DNA from: a virus
Strand: one strand, 5' to 3'
DNA: 64,000 nucleotides
Virus record (IMG/VR): IMGVR_UViG_3300037502_002220
Location: 1 to 64,000 of that record
The notes below the pieces were generated by a model. The model made no database searches and was not told the DNA's origin. It was given only the letters and a program-made list of their open reading frames with translations. How positions within the stretch are numbered: position 1 is the stretch's first letter; every line of letters begins with the position of its first letter. The position numbers were made by a program, and so were the translations under genes. Shown in pieces: positions 29,989 through 40,568 of the stretch.

Positions 29989-31208
29989 TGAAAACTAAAA
30001 ACGTAACTGAGCGATATAAAGGTATGACCTTTGCACAGGCTTCTAAGAAAATCTCTGATAAGTACAAAGACAGAGATACAAACCCTATGGCTAAGAGATC
30101 ATTCATGGCTGAGATGGAAGAACTTGTGCGCTATCAAGAAGTAGTACGTGCTAGTGTAGCTGCTGTAGAAACACTACAGGAGAATAGAAAACCACTTAAA
30201 CAGTTTGGTGGTTTTGCTGCAGCTAGTTTACCGTTAATGTCTTATTTAACATCTGCACGTCAAAAACAATTAGAGTCTTCTACAAACACTGTTCTTAGTC
30301 CGTTAGATTCTAAAATACCTACGTTTCAGCAAATAGGTTTAGGTGACGTAAAAAGATCATCGACAATAAATGTAAATAAACCTTTAGCTACGTTACCTAG
30401 TACAATGCCTACAAGCATAACACCTACTACAGCTAAATCTTTTCAAGAACGTACACTACCTGATGTACAAGCATCTCGTATTCCAGTTACTGCACCTACA
30501 ACTGAAGGTGCTAGTATATTATCTCCACTTATGTTAGGTAAAGGTTTAGAGCTAGCTGGTAAAACAGCAATGGCTTTAATGGGTAGAGATAGGATACGTC
30601 CAGAACTTAATCCTTATGAATCTGAAGCACGTCAAGAGTTAAATAATCTACGTACAGACTTTGGTGCACTACGTCAACAGTATATGCAACAAGCTGCTGC
30701 ATCTAGAGGTATGACTAGTAACATAGGTAGTGAAGCTATGCGTCAAGCATTGAATCAGAATACACAATCTAATTTGTTACAAGGTTTAGCTAGTGCAGAA
30801 CTTCAAGGTCAAGGTATGGAGAATCAATATCGTCAAGCACGTGCTTCTGGTTTACAAGCACTTGGTGCTGAAACTGTACGCGCTCGTCAATATGCTGAGC
30901 AATTAGATACTCAAGGTAAAGCTACTTCTCAGCTTGGACTACAGTCTATATTTGAATCTGTAGGTAATGTAGGTCAACGTGTAACAGACTTTAAAGCTGG
31001 TATTGCACAACAAGAGATGTTGGCTAATGTACTTAGAACTAAAAACTTTAAGTTTAACACAAATGCGCTTACAAACGCTTATAAAGAAGGTAAAATTGAT
31101 GATCAAGATTTTATTGCGATAATAACTGAATCTAAAAGTGAAGAAGACTTCGATAAAAATCTTCAAGCTAAGATTGCAGCACGTGATAAAGCTCTTGGTA
31201 AAAAATAA
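29988..31208 (+). CDS. Cargo/ejection protein (helical, Gln/Ala-rich)
   Basis: 'TFAQASKKI..KY' N-terminus, KQFGG motif, no Cys; position after the muzzle. Confidence 0.7.
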   Translation: MKTKNVTERYKGMTFAQASKKISDKYKDRDTNPMAKRSFMAEMEELVRYQEVVRASVAAVETLQENRKPLKQFGGFAAASLPLMSYLTSARQKQLESSTNTVLSPLDSKIPTFQQIGLGDVKRSSTINVNKPLATLPSTMPTSITPTTAKSFQERTLPDVQASRIPVTAPTTEGASILSPLMLGKGLELAGKTAMALMGRDRIRPELNPYESEARQELNNLRTDFGALRQQYMQQAAASRGMTSNIGSEAMRQALNQNTQSNLLQGLASAELQGQGMENQYRQARASGLQALGAETVRARQYAEQLDTQGKATSQLGLQSIFESVGNVGQRVTDFKAGIAQQEMLANVLRTKNFKFNTNALTNAYKEGKIDDQDFIAIITESKSEEDFDKNLQAKIAARDKALGKK

Positions 31209-31215
31209 ATAAAAC

Positions 31216-34002
31216 ATGGGATTAGCACGTGGTGTAGCGATAAGACCAGTAGATTTTCAAATACCTGTACTACAGTTACCTTTTGAACAGATCTATTCTC
31301 AGATGCAGCAAATGCAACAAGAGAAAGATACGTTTGAAGCTATGCAAGGTATGCTACCTCAGTATATCGGTGCAGATAGAGAAAAGGTAATTGCTGGTGC
31401 AGAATTTGTAAAAGATATATCTACTGATGTAGCTAAGAAGTTTGCTGCTGGTAACGTTAAAGAAGCAATGAGTGCTTTACGTGGAGCTAAAGAATCTGTA
31501 GCTAAGATGTGGTCACCTACTGGTGTATTTGGTGCTACACAAGGTTTCTATGACGATTACCAGAAAGCTATTAAAGAAGTAGATGAGTTTACTAAAGGTA
31601 ATACAGATCCTGCGTACAACTACGTTTACAAAAGAATGGTACAGAAAGCTGCTGAACAAGGTTCACAGTTTGATCCTACTACAGGTAAACGTGCTACTGT
31701 ATCTGCTCCAGATATGCTTAAAGAAGTAGATGTACTCAAAGAGTTTATGGAGTTTGGTAAAGGCTGGGGTAGTGAAGCAGATCAAACAGTAGGTATTGAA
31801 AAGTATGGTGATTACTACTACTATATTGGTACTGATAAAAAAGTACCACCTGAAGAAGTTAGAGCAGCTTGGAACTCGTTTATTAGCTCACCTAAGATAC
31901 AAAACCATCTTAGGATACAAGCATCTTATGAAACAGCTATGATGGGTGATAACGCAGAAGATTTTCGTGATCAACTCATAATGGATGCACAGACTACGTA
32001 CAACAATCAAAAGAAACAATTAGATATTGTAGAACAGATGCTTAACTCTAGTAATGTAAATACTAGGAAACAAGCACAACGTGAACTTGGTGTTGCTACT
32101 GATGGTATTGTAGGTGAAGAAACTAAGAAAGCTTTATCTAATCTAAGATCAGAACTTGATGGTCAACTTGAAGAAGCTAAGAGTTTATATGAATCTGCTG
32201 ACATAGAGAACTTAGTTAAGAATCGTCTTGAGCGTACTATGGGTAATGCTGCTGTACAAAGGTTAGCGTTTTCACAAGAAGATGGTAAGCTTATAGGTAG
32301 AGAAGAAATGTTTATGCGAGATAGGTACAGATATCAAAGTAGATTAGATATTGAAAAAGAACAACGTGCAGCTTTAACTGGTCAAGAGAAACAACCTGCA
32401 TACAGTAATGTAGGTGCTGCTGTGTTAAACGTAGTTGATATGGCTACTGCAACACAAGATGCTCAAAAGAATTATACAGATGCTTATAACGCATTGTTTA
32501 CTCGTCAACCAGAATTAGCTATGTATATTAAGTCTATGACTGGTGATCGTAGATATGGTGAAGCTGTACCTAAGATTGCTGAAGCCTTACAAGACGCTAG
32601 AAAAAGTGATGGTACTATAGACGGTAATGTATTTAAACGACGTATGACACAACTTGGATTTACAGATAGAGATGCTAACAAATCTTATAAAGATCAAATT
32701 AAAAGCTGGGACGATCTCGTAACTCAGATTAACGGAAGACAATTAACTGTAGATGATTTTACAAATGCTGCTGATAATCTTGAAGGTTATTACAATTCGT
32801 TCTTAGATAGTAAAGCGGTGTATAGTAAATGGAGCGATAGAGTTTTAAGTAGTGATGAGTTGAAGCTGGATAAAATGGCTGTTAAAAAAGGCGATGAAAT
32901 TATATCTACACCAAGAGGTATAGTCAGGGCTTCTACTTATTATACGTCAGATGAGTTAAAAGAAGGTTTGCGTAAAGGTGATCCTAAGATTGTACAAGGT
33001 GTACAACGATACTTAAAAGAAAATAAACTACAAGGTTATGATCTTATAGTACCTAAAACTGGATTTGTGGGTGGTGCTGTAGAAAAGTACGATGCTTTAA
33101 TATTAAAAACTTTACAAAATGAGCCTGGTGCGTTAGCTGCAAACATTGATCTTAACAAGTTAGTACGTAACAACCCTAACGCAGTAGAAAAATTAGGTAT
33201 TCAAAGACAAGCTGACGGTACTTATGGAATAGACCCTTCGCTTAAAGTAACTACCTTTAGCATTAGTTCTTTTGATGATAACGGTAAAGCTACACATTCA
33301 GTAACCATAGGATATGAGAAAGGTGAAGGTGATAAAAAGATTAAAGGTTCTGTAAACTTAGATGGATATGTGTTGAATACTTCTATGTTAAATGAACGTT
33401 ATGTAGATGCAGCTAGTACTTATATTAATCCAGATGGTACTATATCAAACTTTGAAGCATTTGGCAACGCTGCAGCTAGGAGATTTGATTTAACAAATGG
33501 CTCTAGTCAAGTTACTAATCAAGCTTTGTTAGCTAGAAATATATCTAACAATATACACAACACATATCGTCAAAATGTATACCAACCAGAGTTTCAAAGA
33601 TACATACGTGTTACAGCTAGTACAATGCTTCGTGGTGACGGTAGTGTTGTATATGTGTACGGTGTAGGTAGAGACGCTGCTCTTGCGATAGAGCAAGCTA
33701 ACGGTGACTTTGCAACATACTCAAGGTTAAAAGAAGTTAGCCCTGGTATCGAAGCTAACTTAGACGAAAGAGAAGTAGGTACATTTAAAAGAAATGCTAA
33801 CGGTACCGTAGATCAAAAATCTATTAGAGTAAATGAAGCAGGTTTAGGTAATGCTATCTACAGTTTAAAAGCTGCTTCTTTTATGGATGACACTAGGCAA
33901 GCAGCTATTAGGAATTTAAGGAAGCGTAAAATGACTACTCAAGAACAATACTTGGATAGTGGTTCTTTATTAGATTACGGATTAGAAGACGGTATACAAT
34001 AA
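31216..34002 (+). CDS. Cargo/ejection protein with internal peptidoglycan-binding-like motif
   Basis: 928 aa, no Cys; N-terminal 'VLQLPFEQI....QQ.Q...D'; 'QRELGVATDGIVGEETKKAL'. Confidence 0.7.
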   Translation: MGLARGVAIRPVDFQIPVLQLPFEQIYSQMQQMQQEKDTFEAMQGMLPQYIGADREKVIAGAEFVKDISTDVAKKFAAGNVKEAMSALRGAKESVAKMWSPTGVFGATQGFYDDYQKAIKEVDEFTKGNTDPAYNYVYKRMVQKAAEQGSQFDPTTGKRATVSAPDMLKEVDVLKEFMEFGKGWGSEADQTVGIEKYGDYYYYIGTDKKVPPEEVRAAWNSFISSPKIQNHLRIQASYETAMMGDNAEDFRDQLIMDAQTTYNNQKKQLDIVEQMLNSSNVNTRKQAQRELGVATDGIVGEETKKALSNLRSELDGQLEEAKSLYESADIENLVKNRLERTMGNAAVQRLAFSQEDGKLIGREEMFMRDRYRYQSRLDIEKEQRAALTGQEKQPAYSNVGAAVLNVVDMATATQDAQKNYTDAYNALFTRQPELAMYIKSMTGDRRYGEAVPKIAEALQDARKSDGTIDGNVFKRRMTQLGFTDRDANKSYKDQIKSWDDLVTQINGRQLTVDDFTNAADNLEGYYNSFLDSKAVYSKWSDRVLSSDELKLDKMAVKKGDEIISTPRGIVRASTYYTSDELKEGLRKGDPKIVQGVQRYLKENKLQGYDLIVPKTGFVGGAVEKYDALILKTLQNEPGALAANIDLNKLVRNNPNAVEKLGIQRQADGTYGIDPSLKVTTFSISSFDDNGKATHSVTIGYEKGEGDKKIKGSVNLDGYVLNTSMLNERYVDAASTYINPDGTISNFEAFGNAAARRFDLTNGSSQVTNQALLARNISNNIHNTYRQNVYQPEFQRYIRVTASTMLRGDGSVVYVYGVGRDAALAIEQANGDFATYSRLKEVSPGIEANLDEREVGTFKRNANGTVDQKSIRVNEAGLGNAIYSLKAASFMDDTRQAAIRNLRKRKMTTQEQYLDSGSLLDYGLEDGIQ

Positions 34003-34007
34003 TACTC

Positions 34008-37000
34008 ATGGCTAAGATATTAACTCCTCAAGATCTAAGTACAGTAGATCGTGGTATTCCACAGACATCTATTAGACCATTTAGCTTTCGTGAAGCAGCG
34101 AACTTAGCTACTGGTGGTATAGGTCCACCTTCACCTATGAAGATACGAGATGCTTCTGAATACGAAGGTGTAGATGTTAGCTTTGCTCTTCAAGGTGGTG
34201 AACGTGCATTACAAGAAGGTAGAGCACTACGTCAAACTAATTTAGAATTAGTAGGTAAAGGTCTAGGTAATATTGCTGAGAACGTAATCTTTGAAACACT
34301 TAAGTTTCCTGGTACTATAGCTAGTGGTATAGGTATTGTAACTGGTAACGAGGGTATGGTTAATAATCTATGGTTACAAGGATTTGATGCTTTACAGAAA
34401 CCACTAACAGAACTTACTGAAGTATATGTACCACCTAGTGTTCAAGAAAAAGGTTTATGGGGTCAGTTATCTAGTCCTTATTTCTGGGCGGGTGAAGGTG
34501 CTGATGCAATAGGTACTATGTTGTCTATGATGATACCTGGACGCTGGTTAGCTACATTTGGTTTAGGTGCTAAAGCCGCTAAAGGATTAGCTAAAGTAGG
34601 TAAGCTAGGTGAAATTGCTGTAGATGGTTCTAGAATACTAGAGACTACTGGGGATGCTAACAAGATAGGTAAGTTCTTAGTTAAAACACTGGGGTCTACA
34701 GGTAGAGGTTTAGACTTTGGTAAACTAGCTAGGAACATAGACTCTGGTGTAGCAGTAGCTACTAACACGCTATTAGAATCTTCTGCTGAAGCTTTAGACA
34801 CTTACGAGAGCTTATTAGCTCAAGGTAAAACTCCTGAAGAAGCTGGTGAAGCTGCTACTAAAGTAATGATGTTGAACATGGGTTTACTTACTGTGTCTAA
34901 TACATTACTTGAAAAGTATGTGTTTAATGGATTCAACAGGTTACCGTCTGTAGGTAAACAACTTACTACAGCACTTAAAGGTGGTACTCCAGTATTTAAA
35001 CCTTTTCAACAAGCTGGTATAAAGTTTGCTGCTGGTGTATTAGCAGAAGGCGTTATTGAAGAAGGTCTTCAAACTTCGTTCCAACAAGAAGAAGGTGATC
35101 CTATACGTTCCTTAGAAAGATATTTTGAAAACTTTCAAAGTTTATTTAGCGCAGACCCAGATATAGAATTTGGTAAAGCTGTAATACTAGGTAGTTTACT
35201 GGGTGGTGCTGTGGGTGGTATTAGTGGATTTTCTGATGTCCGAGAACAAAGAGCAACACTAGAAGGTAGACCAGAGCGTGTACTAGCTAAAGGTAGGTTA
35301 GGTACTCTACAAGGTATGCTTGGGTATAAAGCTAAGCAAGCTGAGAAAGGTCTTATTGATATATTTAGACCTAGCTTTGAAAGTCTTAAGACAGGTAAAG
35401 ATATTTTAAAGAACTCTGTAAATGAAAAAGGAGAGTTTAACGTAGAAGCTTTGAAAGATGATTCTATTATGTTTGCATTATCAAACATGGTAGATGATAT
35501 CTTATTGCAGAATAACGGTGATGTACAAGCATCTAAGACACAAGTAGCTGCTAGTCTTAGTGAACTAGGTATGTCAAATGCAGCTATAAAGAGCTTAGTA
35601 AATGGTCTTATACCTAGTGATATAAATAATTTATCTGGTGAGCAAGTACTTAAGCTTATTACACTTAAGAAAGATAACACGTACTTTTCTAGGTTTGCTG
35701 CTAACCCTGCTGGTTTTGAGATGCTAGATGCACATATCGATGATATGGTAGATGCACTTGAAGAAAGATATGAGATGAACACTGGCGCTAAGCTATCTGA
35801 TGAGAAAAAGAAAAGTATTAGTACTGATCTTAAATCTAAAGCTAAGCGATACAAGAATATGTACGAAGCTGCTACTACGTTTAATAATAACGTACGTTAT
35901 GGTATTGAAGTAGCGCAAGAAGATGCAGAAGATTTTAATGAGTTTATACGTATGACACAAGGTCAAACGTTAGGTTCTATGACCTACATAGAAGAACTTC
36001 GTACGATTGCTGACGAGATTGAAAAAGAAACTAACGCTGAACAACAGAAAATTAATACAGCTAAGAGTACGTTAGAGAACGCTAAAAAGGATGGTGACCC
36101 TGATTTAATTAAAAGCAGAGAACAAGATCTAGCTAAAGCAATTAGTGACGCTAATGCTGCAGTACCTAACTTTAACGATAAAAGAAAAGACTTAGCTAGG
36201 ATTCGTGAGAACGTAGCTGCTCGTGAAAAGAATATTATTGAGTTTGGTACTGAGCCTAAAGTTAGAGAAAAGTGGGAAGCATTCTTAGAAGTTAAGCGTG
36301 AAAAGAAAAAAGCTACACAGCAATATTTTGACGGTGTAGAAGTTGATACTAAGATAATGCCTGCTATATACAAGATTATCTACGATCAGCTTGTTAACAA
36401 AGGATACACACCAGAGCTAATAACAGATATACCTTTTGTTAAGATAGCTGTATTCCATGCAACGTATGAAGGTGATCTATATACCTTTACACAGACCAAA
36501 GATGGTTTTAATGTTCGTAATCACAGTGAACAATCTGATGAAACAGTAGCTAACTGGAAAGCATTAATAGAGAAGTTTCCTAAGTTGACTATACTTACCG
36601 TTGATCAATATAACTTAGAGAAGCAACGTATAGATAAAGAGATTGCTGATCGTAAAGCTGAACTAGAACAACAAGCTGCTATTGAAGCACTTACTCAGTT
36701 ATCTATTGAGCTTAGACAAGAGTTCAATAAGATAGAAGCTAGCTTGCAAAGTGATTACAATACGCTGCAAGGTGTTAAAGAAGAATTAGCTAAAGCTAAA
36801 AAAAGACTTAAGAGTGTTCAAGCTAAACTTAGACGAGATAGTAAAAAAGGCATACCTGTAGGAGAACTTCAGGATACTGTAACTGAACTTAAAACGTTAG
36901 TTAAACAACTTGAAGCTCAGCAAGAGAATACAATTAGAACTATCGCTAATTTAGAAAATGTTAGAATTAGGTTACAATCTGAGCTTAATGGTATTGCTAG

Positions 37001-40000
37001 CTTAATTAATAGAATCCAATCTGGACAACCTGTTCAGTTTACTAAAGAAGCTTTACGTCAAGCTGCAACAACAGAAGTTGGTTTAGCTACTGGTGAGTTC
37101 TTAACAGAAACTTTAGATTTTTTAGAAACAAAGAATGCTGAAAAAACTAAATCAGCGTTTTTAGAAAAGTTTGCTGATTATCAAGTTAGGTTAGAGCGAC
37201 AGATGATGAGTGTATCTAACGAACTTACACTAGCTGTACAACTATCAGATGAAGTACGAGATCTTATTAATTTAATTACTGAGTACATATCTGAAGTTGA
37301 AGCAAGTCCTGCCGTAAAGTCTTTATCTGAAATTCCAGACGATGTTAAAGCTGAGTTAGAAAGTAAGTTTCCTGGTGTACTTAACGCTATGGATAAAGCT
37401 TTAAAAAGCAACAATCCAGATGTTGTATTAAGATTCTTAGCTAACTTAGTAAATAAAGTTAAAGATCAGCACAGTGAAACCTATGTAGAGGTACTTAAAG
37501 ATTTTGCTAAGTTGCTACAACCGTATGTAAACTTATCTGCTGAAATAAGCTCTGACGTACTTAGTAACAGAGCGCAAGAGTTAGTAGATATGATAGATAA
37601 AAATGATACGTATGTTAAAGGACTTCAAGCATTACGTAGGTTTTCTGTCTTGATTAAATATCAAAGACAGTTAAGTAAACTTAAAAATCAAATACTTAAA
37701 GGTTACTCACCTAAAGAAGATCCGCAGATAATACCTGATGTTGAAACACAAGATGTTACAGGTGACCCTACTTTATTTAGTAGTGAAGAACAGAATAGAA
37801 AAGTACTTTCGTTATTTAATACTTCTGGGTTAAATATTGAGTACGATAATGACGGTAATGATGTACGTGCAGATATTCTCAACTTAGGTTATACATTACC
37901 TGTACCTTCACAATCTGATATTACAAGAAACTTCTTTCAATGGTTAGATAGTAGTGATACTGGTAACTTTAAGGTGATACCTTACGCACCAGAGTTTAAC
38001 GATACAGACTTTGATGATATTACAGATCCTGAAACAGCTAAGGTACTTAGAGATTATATTGCAGGTACTCCTCCTGATGCTCGTGCAGAAGCATTGTACG
38101 GTGTTGTTATAGAAGAAGTTGATGGTGCACGTATGCTTAAGATGTATAACGGTAAACCTTTGATTAATTCTATGATGCGTCCGCAAACTAAGTTTCCTAG
38201 CAATAGAAACCCTAGAATGGCTAGACGTGCGTACATAGGTTTATTTTTAAAAGATGTATTAGGTTGGACATCTATACCTTCAGATAAAGATTTAGTAAAT
38301 ACTAATAATTATAATTTAATTAAATCTAGTATTGACAAATTAGAAAAATATGGTATTTCTATACCAGATCCTAAATCATTAACATCTCGTAGTTTTTACC
38401 ATATGATAGAATCTTTTGCGTTAGTATATACGCAAATGAAATATCAGCAAGGATTTAATGAGCTGTTGTCTAAGACTAGAGAACTAAAAGGTAGTGATTT
38501 ATCTTCGCGTAAATTATTAGAAACTACTGGTATTAGTAAAGGATTTCAAGTAGTAGCTAAAACTATTAATGGTGAACCTGTACAATTTGATTCTGAGAAC
38601 ATGGAGTTAGAATATACTCCTGCAGGTAACCCTAAGAACTTTGATGTACTTAAAGCTAACTTTGATGGTGTAGCTACATTAAACGGTGTTAAGTATGATG
38701 CTTTACAACCTGGTCGTTTGTACATTAAAAAACATGATAGCAATACGTTGATACCTGTAGAAATGGGCATGTTGTCTAATAACGAAATAGATGCTATCTT
38801 GTACATGCTTAGTATGTACGCAGATAACAAACGTTCATTAAGACAGATGATACCACAATTAGATGGTAGTGTTAGAATTAAAAATACATATATTAAATTA
38901 TCTAATATGTCTATACTACCAGCTACTAAAGACAGAGTTAGTTTAATATCTATGATAATGAACTGGGGCTTTAAAGTTAAAGGAGACCCTTCACCGTTTG
39001 ATATTTATTTAAGTAAAGGTTCAGTGATATTTAACGATTCTTCAATATCATTAAATGCTCTTAAGAAAGCATACTTAGAAAACGATGCAGCTACTTTACA
39101 ACCATTAATAGCTTTTCTAAGAACAAAGCGTGTTAACGCTAATTATAACTTACTTAGTGTAGCTAATAACTTTTTTGAGTTTACGGTAGAGAGAGATAAA
39201 AAAACTAAAAAACCATTTGACATTAAAGCTGTACAAAAACAAGGATCATACGCTAAACACATATTAGATCGTGCTTCGTTTTACGGTGCACCTAAAGATG
39301 TGTTAGATGCAGCAGGATTGCCTAGTTCTGCGCAGAAATATATTATGTTTAAAGACTTTGATACTAAAGTAGATGTAAATGAGTTTAGAGCTAAGGCACC
39401 TAGCCCTAAACCTAAACCAGTATTTACACTTAAACCTAGTGGAGTTAGTCCTGTTATAAATGCTTTAAGAGAAAGTAGCTCTATAACAGATTTTAGAACT
39501 AGAGCAGCTTCTTATCTTACAGATCCTGAAAGTGTAGGATTGTTTAGTAGGATATTAAAAAAGTTAGAAAATGAAAGTGGTCCTTTGTTTGAAGCAGAGA
39601 AGCTTTTAGTACTTAATGATAAAAGTATTGTTAGTAGTAAAACAACTGCAGACGTTACACCTGAAGAAAGTTCTGTTACAGTAAAAGATATCTTAAGTAG
39701 TTTGGAACAAGAAGAAACTCAGCAAGGTGAAGAGGGTGGTACTAACATTACAATGAAAGAAGCTTTAAGTACGCTGTGGGAACAAGTAGGTGGTAAACCT
39801 GAAACTCAAGAACAACCTGAAGCTGGTGTTACTGAGCAAGAATCTCAACCTCCAGTTGAAGAAACTAAACCTGACTTTAAAACTATTGAACCTGATTTCA
39901 GTAAAGTGTCTGTATCACTTGATATAAGTAGTATAGACGACACTGATTTCTTAGCTATATTTAAAGAAATTAATTCAGACGGCTTTGGTAAATTTGCATC

Positions 40001-40568
40001 TCAAAGTGATGAGTGGATGACTAGGTATCAAAAAAATAATGTAAACTCTTTATTTATTACAGCAAACGGCTTTGTAAGTATGGAGAACATTAGTAATGAT
40101 TCTATTGCACCAGGTAAAACATTTAATTTTCAAGGTACTGTAAGTAATACTTTAAACGAACGTCTTAGACGTAAATATCTATCTGTCACAAAAGATCCTA
40201 CATACAAATTAGCTATAGAAGAAGCTCGTAAACAAACTGAAGCTTTAATCAATAAACCTAGTACTGAACCTACACCTACTAATATTGTCGACGTATCTAA
40301 AATAGACATAAGAACTTATAAACCTGTAGTTGGAGATGTAATTGAAATGGAGGGTAAAGATTACACTGTTGTAAGTGTAAGTAAAACCGTATCTTTAAAA
40401 TCTGGTACAGAAACAAAAGTACTTAGAGTTAGTGCATTTAGACCTGGGTTAGATTCAAATACAATGAAGTTAAAAAGTAGGGTGGTTAAATCTGTAGCTG
40501 ATTACAATAAGATATTAAGTGATGCTATACAGCGTGGTATTATTGACGAAATAAACTGTAATAGATAA
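34008..40568 (+). CDS. Giant cargo/ejection protein (membrane-channel-like N-terminus, long coiled coil)
   Basis: 2186 aa; Gly/Ala hydrophobic segments, 'ESSAEA' and 'EGVIEEGLQ' motifs; single Cys at residue 2184. Confidence 0.75.
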   Translation: MAKILTPQDLSTVDRGIPQTSIRPFSFREAANLATGGIGPPSPMKIRDASEYEGVDVSFALQGGERALQEGRALRQTNLELVGKGLGNIAENVIFETLKFPGTIASGIGIVTGNEGMVNNLWLQGFDALQKPLTELTEVYVPPSVQEKGLWGQLSSPYFWAGEGADAIGTMLSMMIPGRWLATFGLGAKAAKGLAKVGKLGEIAVDGSRILETTGDANKIGKFLVKTLGSTGRGLDFGKLARNIDSGVAVATNTLLESSAEALDTYESLLAQGKTPEEAGEAATKVMMLNMGLLTVSNTLLEKYVFNGFNRLPSVGKQLTTALKGGTPVFKPFQQAGIKFAAGVLAEGVIEEGLQTSFQQEEGDPIRSLERYFENFQSLFSADPDIEFGKAVILGSLLGGAVGGISGFSDVREQRATLEGRPERVLAKGRLGTLQGMLGYKAKQAEKGLIDIFRPSFESLKTGKDILKNSVNEKGEFNVEALKDDSIMFALSNMVDDILLQNNGDVQASKTQVAASLSELGMSNAAIKSLVNGLIPSDINNLSGEQVLKLITLKKDNTYFSRFAANPAGFEMLDAHIDDMVDALEERYEMNTGAKLSDEKKKSISTDLKSKAKRYKNMYEAATTFNNNVRYGIEVAQEDAEDFNEFIRMTQGQTLGSMTYIEELRTIADEIEKETNAEQQKINTAKSTLENAKKDGDPDLIKSREQDLAKAISDANAAVPNFNDKRKDLARIRENVAAREKNIIEFGTEPKVREKWEAFLEVKREKKKATQQYFDGVEVDTKIMPAIYKIIYDQLVNKGYTPELITDIPFVKIAVFHATYEGDLYTFTQTKDGFNVRNHSEQSDETVANWKALIEKFPKLTILTVDQYNLEKQRIDKEIADRKAELEQQAAIEALTQLSIELRQEFNKIEASLQSDYNTLQGVKEELAKAKKRLKSVQAKLRRDSKKGIPVGELQDTVTELKTLVKQLEAQQENTIRTIANLENVRIRLQSELNGIASLINRIQSGQPVQFTKEALRQAATTEVGLATGEFLTETLDFLETKNAEKTKSAFLEKFADYQVRLERQMMSVSNELTLAVQLSDEVRDLINLITEYISEVEASPAVKSLSEIPDDVKAELESKFPGVLNAMDKALKSNNPDVVLRFLANLVNKVKDQHSETYVEVLKDFAKLLQPYVNLSAEISSDVLSNRAQELVDMIDKNDTYVKGLQALRRFSVLIKYQRQLSKLKNQILKGYSPKEDPQIIPDVETQDVTGDPTLFSSEEQNRKVLSLFNTSGLNIEYDNDGNDVRADILNLGYTLPVPSQSDITRNFFQWLDSSDTGNFKVIPYAPEFNDTDFDDITDPETAKVLRDYIAGTPPDARAEALYGVVIEEVDGARMLKMYNGKPLINSMMRPQTKFPSNRNPRMARRAYIGLFLKDVLGWTSIPSDKDLVNTNNYNLIKSSIDKLEKYGISIPDPKSLTSRSFYHMIESFALVYTQMKYQQGFNELLSKTRELKGSDLSSRKLLETTGISKGFQVVAKTINGEPVQFDSENMELEYTPAGNPKNFDVLKANFDGVATLNGVKYDALQPGRLYIKKHDSNTLIPVEMGMLSNNEIDAILYMLSMYADNKRSLRQMIPQLDGSVRIKNTYIKLSNMSILPATKDRVSLISMIMNWGFKVKGDPSPFDIYLSKGSVIFNDSSISLNALKKAYLENDAATLQPLIAFLRTKRVNANYNLLSVANNFFEFTVERDKKTKKPFDIKAVQKQGSYAKHILDRASFYGAPKDVLDAAGLPSSAQKYIMFKDFDTKVDVNEFRAKAPSPKPKPVFTLKPSGVSPVINALRESSSITDFRTRAASYLTDPESVGLFSRILKKLENESGPLFEAEKLLVLNDKSIVSSKTTADVTPEESSVTVKDILSSLEQEETQQGEEGGTNITMKEALSTLWEQVGGKPETQEQPEAGVTEQESQPPVEETKPDFKTIEPDFSKVSVSLDISSIDDTDFLAIFKEINSDGFGKFASQSDEWMTRYQKNNVNSLFITANGFVSMENISNDSIAPGKTFNFQGTVSNTLNERLRRKYLSVTKDPTYKLAIEEARKQTEALINKPSTEPTPTNIVDVSKIDIRTYKPVVGDVIEMEGKDYTVVSVSKTVSLKSGTETKVLRVSAFRPGLDSNTMKLKSRVVKSVADYNKILSDAIQRGIIDEINCNR

